Positions 19,248 to 27,033 of a DNA stretch of 64,000 nucleotides are shown here, piece by piece. Under the pieces are notes generated by a model that made no database searches, had not been told where the DNA came from, and saw only the letters and a program-made list of their open reading frames with translations. The DNA is from a virus: positions 9,802 through 73,801 of IMG/VR virus record IMGVR_UViG_3300030117_003378; one strand, written 5' to 3'. The position numbers and the translations under genes are program-made. The first letter of the stretch is position 1; every line of letters starts with the position of its first letter.

Positions 19248-20622
19248 TGCCACCACCCGAACTGTTATTCTCATTCTCATTCTTAGGCTTATCGGTTACA
19301 TTATCCTCTTGTTCGTTCTGTCGAGGCATTTGTCCTTGGTCGGCATTTCCTTCAGACTTTCTTTCCTCTCCTTCTTTTCCGATAGACGGCATATCAAGAA
19401 TGTCAAGTGCTTGGTTTAGCGTAATAACACCAGAGTCGTAACCCATAGTAGCGCGACGCATCTTGTCGAATCGAGATTCATCTTCAATTGGGTGGAACAT
19501 AAGCCGTGGAATTTGTCGTGGCTCAACGCTAATTCCTTGTAAAGCAAGGTGTCGCATAAACAATTCTTGTATTCCTTGTTCTACTACGCCTTGCAGTCTT
19601 TTCATTGCTGATACTGACCACATATTTGCGTTGAAGGTTGCGGCAAACGTAGAACCGCGTTCCTGACCTGCCGCTACACGCGGGACGTTAAGAACCGCCG
19701 CAATATCGGCGTTCACACTGTCAAGGAACCCTGAGTTGTCAGGAATTGTATTCTTGAGGTCAACGTGGTGCATTTCAACATAGTGTGGAAGAATTGGGAT
19801 TTGGTCACCGCGTAGCCCACCGAGTAGCGAAGCGACTTCGTCCATAATGTACACAAGTCGGTCACGTTGTTCGTTAGGGTCTGTAATGTGTTCTACCGCA
19901 TCTGAACCAATCGTGATAAACTGCTTTGTCAAACTGTCTTCAAGCGCGGTTCTGTTGTTGATACTGTTGTACTTTGCGCGGATTGGTTGCTTTAGACTGC
20001 TGAATCGAGATGCGCCCCAAATACCGTAAGTCCACCGCAATTTCTTGTCCTTGTACCAATTGGAACGGTAGTCAATCTTAACGTGAAGGATTTCGTTTGC
20101 AGGGAATGTCATTGGGTCGCGTTTTTCTTCCCGCAGGATGTAATAATTTGCTTTCATAACGGGATTGTCTTTATCAGCCGCAAAGGGTGGCTTGCGCTCG
20201 TCAACAATAGTAATTTGTGAGATAGGTAGACTTTGTACCGCCGTGATACCGACACCGGCCTTACCGACTAATTTGTTTATGTCGTTTCCATATACCATCA
20301 TGTTACGCATAGCGTTGATAAGAACGTCGTCAAAGTCAATTGTATCAACGAGGTCACGAATACTGTTTCGGATTCGGGCATTTTTACCGGGGCGGTAGTC
20401 GATTTCCCAATTATTGGCCGTCAAACTCACGGAACGGACTGCACCGTTCAACTCGGGGTCAAATCGAACCATATCGTCGTAAAGGTCAAACACCGTATCG
20501 TAATGTGCGTCCTTTCGCATATCTTCTGTGTCGTCAACGATAGAAGGAATGCCTGTGGCCGCTTGGAAGGCATTTTTTGGTCTGTTTGTAGCAGTCGCAA
20601 CGCGATACTGTTTCTTGCTCAT
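19240..20622 (-). CDS. Portal protein
   Basis: About 460 aa directly after the terminase; EILHVK, YGIWGAS, IAAVLNVP and GVITLNQA portal-type motifs. Confidence 0.85.
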   Translation of the reverse strand: MSKKQYRVATATNRPKNAFQAATGIPSIVDDTEDMRKDAHYDTVFDLYDDMVRFDPELNGAVRSVSLTANNWEIDYRPGKNARIRNSIRDLVDTIDFDDVLINAMRNMMVYGNDINKLVGKAGVGITAVQSLPISQITIVDERKPPFAADKDNPVMKANYYILREEKRDPMTFPANEILHVKIDYRSNWYKDKKLRWTYGIWGASRFSSLKQPIRAKYNSINNRTALEDSLTKQFITIGSDAVEHITDPNEQRDRLVYIMDEVASLLGGLRGDQIPILPHYVEMHHVDLKNTIPDNSGFLDSVNADIAAVLNVPRVAAGQERGSTFAATFNANMWSVSAMKRLQGVVEQGIQELFMRHLALQGISVEPRQIPRLMFHPIEDESRFDKMRRATMGYDSGVITLNQALDILDMPSIGKEGEERKSEGNADQGQMPRQNEQEDNVTDKPKNENENNSSGGGNE

Positions 20623-20652
20623 GGTGTTGTGATAAAGCAAGTGGTATTTAAC

Positions 20653-22143
20653 CTATCCGCCGAAAGTAACAAATTTTCCTCGACTTGAAGAAGATTTTTT
20701 CTTTTTTTCGCCTTTTCCCCAATTATTCATCGTTGTTGTGCCGGTTGAAAAAGCCGCAAAGTTATCTTGGAAAGAAAATTGGTCAACGGCGTGAGCCAAA
20801 GCCATCGTTGTATCGTTGTGTCGGCCTATGTCTGTAATTTCACCGGCCTTCCACACATGATTTTCTAATTCTTCAAGCACAATTTCCATTTGCTTACGGG
20901 TATTATCGTCTCCGTACGGAAATTGAATTTTATCTTGCTCAAACCATACGCGCAAACGATTTAACAGGCTTTGTTTCAAACCCTTGTTGCTTACTTTGCT
21001 TGGTTTGAAATCTACTGCGCCATTTTTTTGATTGATTAGTGATTCGTACAGTCTTTGGAAGCCAACCTCTTCACAAGCAAACACAGGCATCTTGAAAGCA
21101 TGATTCCAACGAAGAATTTCGTCAACTTGCTTTGACGGTGGGAAATCATTACGACGCCACATATTTACAACGTGCAAAATACCTTCTTCGTCCTGCCTAA
21201 CAACAATCATTACAGAATAGTCCTGTTTTAAACCGTGTGCGGGGTCAAACCCGATAGCATATTTTCCGGGGTGTCTTTTTTCTGTTTCTAGTACAGATTC
21301 CATCTTTAGGTGCTTACGAATTACACCACGGGGATAAACCTGCGCGTCGTCATCGACTACTTTGCACAGGTACTCTTGGATAAACGCCAAATCACCCATA
21401 GCCTGTCGTTGTTCCATGATAAATTTTTCAGAACGGTGTTCCGGCCATAAACATTGCAGTTTTACGCCGTCAGGATTCGATTTCCACTCATCCCAATTCG
21501 GAAAGGCCGACCATGTGCCGGATTTCCATGTATCGTTCTTCAACATTTCTGTATGGTAAATATCTGTCTTTGACATCGGGGTTCCGACAACGTAAAAGTC
21601 GGTTCCGGGCGACAACATTGGTGTTACGACCTTTCGCATCCATTGTTGAACGGTGTCCATTGATGTATCGCCTAAATCAACAAGTACGTCGTCAAAAGCA
21701 ATGCAAGCAGGGTGTTCACCACGAATAGCGGAGCCAACAGAGGTGGCCTTAATCCACGCGCCGTTTGTAAAGCGCAATTCCATCTTTCCGCCCCGCCTTT
21801 CGTCAATCATTTTCCGCAAATCGGGATGCCTTGTTAAATCGGCACGAATTTCTGCTAATCTGTTGGACGCCGTGTCCTTTGAAGCCGAAAATAACCAAAC
21901 TGTATAAGGTTTGTTGCGCCATTTTCGGAACAGGCAGTTGTGGGCGAGGACAATACGAAGGGTCGTTGACTTTGAGTGGTCACGCGGTGCGATAATACAC
22001 ACACGGTGGACTTCAGAGTCACCACGTTCACGGTATAAGTCCATCCATTCGCCTATATGGTTTCCCCATGAGTAACCGAGCCATTCGTAGAAGTGTCTAA
22101 CGTCTTTCCGCGACCTCTGAAAGTGGAACGCGGACATATCCAT
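20653..22143 (-). CDS. terL: Terminase large subunit
   Basis: Walker A variant APRDHSKST, Walker B IAFDDVL, VVGTP, RNase H-like IGFDPA and HNDTTMALA; likely ATG 22143 after GGTGA. Confidence 0.92.
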   Translation of the reverse strand: MDMSAFHFQRSRKDVRHFYEWLGYSWGNHIGEWMDLYRERGDSEVHRVCIIAPRDHSKSTTLRIVLAHNCLFRKWRNKPYTVWLFSASKDTASNRLAEIRADLTRHPDLRKMIDERRGGKMELRFTNGAWIKATSVGSAIRGEHPACIAFDDVLVDLGDTSMDTVQQWMRKVVTPMLSPGTDFYVVGTPMSKTDIYHTEMLKNDTWKSGTWSAFPNWDEWKSNPDGVKLQCLWPEHRSEKFIMEQRQAMGDLAFIQEYLCKVVDDDAQVYPRGVIRKHLKMESVLETEKRHPGKYAIGFDPAHGLKQDYSVMIVVRQDEEGILHVVNMWRRNDFPPSKQVDEILRWNHAFKMPVFACEEVGFQRLYESLINQKNGAVDFKPSKVSNKGLKQSLLNRLRVWFEQDKIQFPYGDDNTRKQMEIVLEELENHVWKAGEITDIGRHNDTTMALAHAVDQFSFQDNFAAFSTGTTTMNNWGKGEKKKKSSSSRGKFVTFGG

Positions 22144-22147
22144 AGTA

Positions 22148-22288
22148 TCACCCGTAAATCCAAGGAACAAGTTTCTTTTGACCGCAAAATGGACAAATGC
22201 GAGTAGACGCGGTCTTGATGCCAAGGTATTTTGTTGCCCAACCACAGGATGTGCATTTTACGGCTTGTCTGTCGTGTGGGTCTTCCAT
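22148..22288 (-). CDS. Small zinc-ribbon protein (46 aa)
   Basis: CTSCG...CPFCG; fills the gap between flanking genes. Confidence 0.6.
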   Translation of the reverse strand: MEDPHDRQAVKCTSCGWATKYLGIKTASTRICPFCGQKKLVPWIYG

Positions 22289-23496
22289 TACTCATCACCG
22301 TTAAGGATTTTCAACGTTCGGACGCCTTGTCTTAGGTCTGTAAACACCTGAATCTCTCTTGTTTCGGGATTGAGAATAGCCAACGGACAAGTTGGTCGGT
22401 CTGAAGCAAACCCAATCATTTCTGCAAATTTGTCAATGACTTTGTAAGAGCCGGGGCGAATAGCCCAACGCTCAACTCCGTGTCGTGTAAATGGGGCGGT
22501 AATCGGAACGTGGTTGTGACACACGACACCGATGTCGAAATCTGACTCTCCATCTTCCCACATTTTCTTTACTACACGCGCGGGGTCAATTTGTGAATTA
22601 CCGCGACGCTTGTGGCGCACAGCAATATGATATGGTTGCTTTCCAAGGAAAACACGCACGTTTAATTCGTCTGTTTGATATAGCATATCGCGGTCTTCCA
22701 TAATATCGGCTAATGGGTCAATACCGGCATACTTTTTTGTCCATTGGTCGTGGTTACCCGCAACAACGGCTAAAATGTCACCATCGAACATATCAATGTA
22801 ATGTTCCATCAACTGCCATTGTTTATCGGGAAGAATAGTGGCTTTTGCGGCGGGGAATGCTTTGTCAGCAGGAAGGAAATTGTCAATAAAGTCCCCACCC
22901 ATAATCGCGTAGCAATTTGGTGTTGCGGCGACCATTTCTGCGTCTTCGCGCATACGCTTCATATCACAGAACGTACTTCCGATGTGTTGGTCGGCGGCAA
23001 ATGCAATACCGATGTATTTTTTACCGTCGAAGTGAATATCGGCCCATCGCTCATTTTCATGGTTGGAAATAGCACGGGTCGTTCTTAATTCGATTTCGTT
23101 CCACAGGTCTTCGGTGGTAATCTTTGGTCCTTTGAGGTGTGTTACAATAAAATCGTTGTGTGCTTTACGAACCAATTTTCCATTTAGTCTCGCTTGATAT
23201 ACACGGTCTTGCCATCCATGAACTGAAATATCGGGTCTTTTGTCGTGGAGAATTCTTGCAAGGTCAGTCCACGACCCCCCTTCCCATTCGTCGGGAATCA
23301 ATTCGTTCGGGTCGTCTTTTTCTATTACAGGCATTTCATCAGGAAATTCTGCTTTGAATCGTTGAATTGCCAAACGCCATGAGTTTGGATTCTTTTCACC
23401 GGTTCTCTCAAAGAGAAGCCGTCCATATTCAGTGTCGTTTCCTGTCCATTCGTGGATGAAGGCCCTGACTACATCGTGTGCGGTCTTTGGTTCCAT
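22288..23496 (-). CDS. Calcineurin-like metallophosphoesterase with N-terminal helical repeats
   Basis: DQH, GDFID, GNHD, RH and CHNH motifs in canonical order. Confidence 0.85.
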   Translation of the reverse strand: MEPKTAHDVVRAFIHEWTGNDTEYGRLLFERTGEKNPNSWRLAIQRFKAEFPDEMPVIEKDDPNELIPDEWEGGSWTDLARILHDKRPDISVHGWQDRVYQARLNGKLVRKAHNDFIVTHLKGPKITTEDLWNEIELRTTRAISNHENERWADIHFDGKKYIGIAFAADQHIGSTFCDMKRMREDAEMVAATPNCYAIMGGDFIDNFLPADKAFPAAKATILPDKQWQLMEHYIDMFDGDILAVVAGNHDQWTKKYAGIDPLADIMEDRDMLYQTDELNVRVFLGKQPYHIAVRHKRRGNSQIDPARVVKKMWEDGESDFDIGVVCHNHVPITAPFTRHGVERWAIRPGSYKVIDKFAEMIGFASDRPTCPLAILNPETREIQVFTDLRQGVRTLKILNGDE

Positions 23497-23584
23497 TGAT
23501 TAATACGAAAAGCGGTTGCCCTTTAAGTGTTGTGGGGCAAATAGACGGAATTGTTATCACTCGCGCTCACATTTTAACATTCCA

Positions 23585-23854
23585 ATGACTGACACAGTAG
23601 AAGGGACTGATTGGGGTTCGCTTTGGGATGCGGTCACGAAGCCGGACCCTTTCACGGTGTGTTTTGACGATTTTTGCTACGATGTTCCGGGGTGGGGTTC
23701 GCCATACTTGCTTGCTTTGGGCATTTTTGAAATCCTGTGGTGGTTATTCGTTTCTGCGTGGTTAGGGAGAAAACTTAAGAGAGTCTTGTTGCGTCGTAAG
23801 GCTCGGAGGGAACGGCGTGAGCAAACAGACGGATTTGATAATGACCCGTATTGA
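23585..23854 (+). CDS. Single-TM membrane protein
   Basis: LLALGIFEILWWLFVSAWLG followed by an Arg-rich tail. Confidence 0.6.
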   Translation: MTDTVEGTDWGSLWDAVTKPDPFTVCFDDFCYDVPGWGSPYLLALGIFEILWWLFVSAWLGRKLKRVLLRRKARRERREQTDGFDNDPY

Positions 23855-24134
23855 CATTATCAATGACAAGGTCGGAGATGTCCGCGAAGACTTGCGCCGC
23901 CATGAGACACGCCTCGTCCGATTGGAAGATATGAATGCAGACCATGAGGCGGCGACAGAACGAATCTCCTCATTGGTTGAAATGGTGGCATTGGATGTAC
24001 GGGAAATTAAGAACGGCCCTGTCTATTCCCTCGACAAGTTTATCACGAAGCGTGTAGCCCAAATCGTGAGCGCATGGACGGGCGGCGTTGGCATCTTCCT
24101 ATTTTTCGTGTTCAAATTTTTTGAAGTAATATAA
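23817..24134 (+). CDS. Coiled-coil protein with a C-terminal membrane anchor
   Basis: Heptad region, then GGVGIFLFFVFKFF. Confidence 0.6.
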   Translation: MSKQTDLIMTRIDIINDKVGDVREDLRRHETRLVRLEDMNADHEAATERISSLVEMVALDVREIKNGPVYSLDKFITKRVAQIVSAWTGGVGIFLFFVFKFFEVI

Positions 24135-24170
24135 TTTTTTTTTTGAAAAAATTTTATTGTGTATTTTGTG
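24110..24170 (+). terminator. T-rich tract, putative archaeal-type terminator and left boundary of the island
   Basis: ATAATTTTTTTTTTGAAAAAATTTTATT directly at the stop of 23817..24134. Confidence 0.55.
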
Positions 24171-24282
24171 CGAAGGTTGCCCCAGTGAATATACAAGATG
24201 GCCGGATTTATGGCAAAATCGCCGTTTTTGGGCTGGAATCGACGATTTTAGAGGTAGTCAAGTATATATGTAACCACTAACA

Positions 24283-24302
24283 TGGGTCACCATGGTGACC
24301 CA
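24283..24302. promoter_or_regulatory. Perfect 20-bp palindrome TGGGTCACCATGGTGACCCA over a start codon
   Basis: Seen directly; about 20 nt downstream of TATATAT at 24263. Confidence 0.6.
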
Positions 24303-25233
24303 CCTGAGCCGGAATCGGAAGGCGATAGCCTCACGCGTAGCACTGTGTGACATGGTCGGATTTGGTGATATCGCCGAATTGAAGTACGAGGCCACAGAAT
24401 CAACTCAAGGCATGGGCCGGTTCAAAGAGTCCAACGGTGGACACCTAACCAAATTCGGCAAAGAGATGGTTCTAAGCATGGAACAGGCCGGATATGCTGG
24501 CAAGGGTATTAGTCGAGGCGGGTTCATCGTCGATGCCAGCGAAGAGGGATGGCAATACGCCGCCGATGTCCTAGGAGGTAACCCATGGCACCGATTAGAC
24601 GACGGGCAAGTTATCCAATACGGTGACATCAGACAAAGCGACAACCCATTGACTAACAACTACTACCACGTTCTACAAGGCGTATTCGATATGGCAGAGG
24701 GTGACCGTGACCTTGAGCGACTTATCGCCCTCCTTCATACAAAGGTCCGATTCAAGACCACATTTGACGAGGCACAAGGTAACTACGACACAGGCCCAAG
24801 CACCCGAACCCTATGGACAAAGGCACGTTCATGGGTTCAATTCATCCGTAAGAAGGAGAAGCAAGCCGGATTCATGCCCATTCTACTCAAGGACGCCGGA
24901 CATTATGACCGCATCAAGCACCTTATCGTCAAGCCGTCCGATGTTATTCACCTATCCGGCAAGCGTGCCGGAGATGTCAAGCAGTCATGGCTTGACGCAG
25001 TAAAGCGACGCCGTAAGAACGCGGACAGTCGCAACAACAAACGTTCAAACCGTAGCCGTTCCCGCCGCAAGACAGCGGGAGAGAAGGCTAAGCGGTCAGC
25101 CCGGAAGAACCGCCGGGGTGCTACGCGGGAAACCCCCACACAGCGTAGCGAGGCAGGACGCGCCTACGAAAGCGTCAGTGCAAAGCACAGCAGGGACATT
25201 GCACCTGTGACCCGCAAGGGATTCACTAAGTAA
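24292..25233 (+). CDS. Hypothetical protein with an Arg/Lys-rich C-terminal tail
   Basis: 313 aa; KRRRKNADSRNNKRSNRSRSRRK...; probably leaderless (TATA about 28 nt upstream). Confidence 0.75.
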   Translation: MVTHLSRNRKAIASRVALCDMVGFGDIAELKYEATESTQGMGRFKESNGGHLTKFGKEMVLSMEQAGYAGKGISRGGFIVDASEEGWQYAADVLGGNPWHRLDDGQVIQYGDIRQSDNPLTNNYYHVLQGVFDMAEGDRDLERLIALLHTKVRFKTTFDEAQGNYDTGPSTRTLWTKARSWVQFIRKKEKQAGFMPILLKDAGHYDRIKHLIVKPSDVIHLSGKRAGDVKQSWLDAVKRRRKNADSRNNKRSNRSRSRRKTAGEKAKRSARKNRRGATRETPTQRSEAGRAYESVSAKHSRDIAPVTRKGFTK

Positions 25234-25236
25234 TGC

Positions 25237-25791
25237 TGGCTCCGCCTTCGGGCGTCGAGCAATTCCCTGACCCCCTAACAGGGGGTGGCCCTCAAAGGGC
25301 GACCCATTAGGCGGAGCCATGGACGGCGTAGCATACCGTTCCATTGTTCTGAACCGGTGGGTTGCAAAGGTACCTATGTCCCGGCTTGTGACCCCAAGCC
25401 CGACAGAGAGCCACCCCCGAATAGGATTCCAAGAAAGGACAGAATATCAGGGCCGAACACGGGCAACTGTGGTGAGGAAGAAAAAGGGGGTGGCTTGGCT
25501 TAACCTTATCAAGTCTCTCATTTCACCTTGACAGGAAACAGTTGCCGTGCGGCGATATAACCAAAAACTGTTTTCATTGTCTTGGTGGTGAGATAAAATA
25601 CTGTGTGTTTATACCGTTAGAGTTTGGTTGCTTTCTCTATCCGACAAATACAGCAACAAATACACACAAGGCGCTATCCGTAGTCTGAGTAGTTAACAGA
25701 TTGCGAACAACGTAAGAGAGAGGTTGTGGGGTGACTCCCCTCTCCGCCTATCCGTAAATCAGCCGTAGCCGGTCACAAGCCCGGTTTAGAA
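25237..25791 (+). ncRNA. Large structured non-coding RNA or UTR element 1 (about 555 nt)
   Basis: 11-bp helices 25237-47/25309-19, 25347-57/25781-91, 25383-93/25771-81 and 25408-18/25486-96, plus many local hairpins with G-U pairs and UUCG/GCAA loops. Confidence 0.7.
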
Positions 25792-25838
25792 ATGATGAGT
25801 GCGGAAACCCGACCGAAGAGGGATAAGGAGTGAGAAAA

Positions 25839-26411
25839 ATGAATGGAACAGAAGCAGTCGTTCTGCTTTTCTTCATGGGCGTATTTGCCGTAACGGCAAA
25901 AATCGCACACGGAGTTAAGAAGGGCGATATTGTGATGGTGAAGCCAACGCTTTCCGCAATCGCGGAAGGTCTTGGTCTAAAGGTGGAAACGGAATATGAT
26001 GCGCCATATTGGTTGCAGATTGTCCACGCGCATGGGTTTGAAAAAGCCTTACGCGGCGTGGTCAATACGCTGAAACATGGTGGTCAACTTGTTGCAGAAG
26101 TAAACGTGTTTGCTTTGTACAACAAGGGAGTTCGTGAGATGAACGCAATACCGTGGAGAATTGGAAAAGAGTTGGCAAAACTCAACACGCAATTTGAGTG
26201 TGGTTGTACCGAAAAACTAGATGATGGTGTTGCGTCATGCACCGAGATATTGGAGATGGCAATTAAGTCGTTGGTTGAAGAACATTATCGGCACAATGCT
26301 TTAGCGCGGTTAAACAAATTCTATCTTGACCGCCTCGCTTCGGATGCTGAAATCGAAGCGGACAATGCCTCTCGATGGGGAACGCACATACCCGTTAAAG
26401 GTATGGATTGA
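25839..26411 (+). CDS. Hypothetical protein with a hydrophobic N-terminus
   Basis: GGAGTGA RBS before ATG 25839; 190 aa. Confidence 0.7.
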   Translation: MNGTEAVVLLFFMGVFAVTAKIAHGVKKGDIVMVKPTLSAIAEGLGLKVETEYDAPYWLQIVHAHGFEKALRGVVNTLKHGGQLVAEVNVFALYNKGVREMNAIPWRIGKELAKLNTQFECGCTEKLDDGVASCTEILEMAIKSLVEEHYRHNALARLNKFYLDRLASDAEIEADNASRWGTHIPVKGMD

Positions 26412-27020
26412 CCGGGCTTAGGCCCCGATTGTGAGTCCGGGGGGGTACATCCCCCTCGGCTCCGACGGGAAAGCCGAAAGGCAGGAGGTGAAAACTGAAA
26501 TGGCACAATTGTTAGTGAGACTTGAGTTCCCAAAAGAAGGATGCGTTTTTGAGGAATACAAAGTAGCATGAACACCACAGAACACGGAGACAGGGTGAGT
26601 CGGTACGTCCGGCCCCTGCTCCAAAGTGTCACTGTGACACTCGGTAAACCACAGTTAGCAAGTTGTAGCGTTAGTAAGCAAACGAGCAAAGGGTTGGAAT
26701 GACAGAGGTGCGCGGAAAGGCATTGCGCCGGACCCCTGCTGTCATAAACAACAAAGAAGCCATGTGATAACGGGACAGTCTGTAAGCATTAAAGAAGCGA
26801 TACCTGCCAAACATGAAGGATTAGACCTCCTATCATTGAGGTACAAAAAATCGCAATACGCAAGCAGATTGACACCCACACGATATGAAGGCGATAGCAC
26901 AAAGCGAACACAATACAACGAACTGACTGACATAACCGCATTAAAGGCATGAGGAGTTCGACGCCAGAGTTACTCATGGCCCACCATTTACCGGTGGGTA
27001 CTCGGATGGCGCAAAATAAC
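26412..27020 (+). ncRNA. Structured non-coding RNA or UTR element 2 (contains a micro-ORF)
   Basis: Hairpins 26433-26462, GCC-GAAA-GGC 26473-82, 26586-26622, 26699-26745, 26776-82/26865-71, 26948-78 and 26980-98. Confidence 0.6.
26500..26571 (+). CDS. 23-aa micropeptide MAQLLVRLEFPKEGCVFEEYKVA
   Basis: Perfect GGAGGTGA RBS at 26484-26491, the same as for the two downstream genes. Confidence 0.5.
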   Translation: MAQLLVRLEFPKEGCVFEEYKVA

Positions 27021-27033
27021 GGAGGTGACATTT

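Noticed and set aside
160-23400. Numerous plus-strand ORFs in the structural region, and minus-strand ORFs in 33-61 kb
   Set aside because: Antisense shadows of well-supported genes, with no motifs or RBS
25790-25822. Hammerhead-like TGATGA-stem-GAA
   Set aside because: Reads ATGATGA...CGAAG rather than CTGATGA...GAAA, and no convincing stems I/III were found
25237-27020. Group I/II intron, RNase P or SRP identity for the structured RNAs
   Set aside because: No recognisable P7, domain V, GAGGAAAGUCC or SRP motifs; flanking ORFs have their own starts and stops
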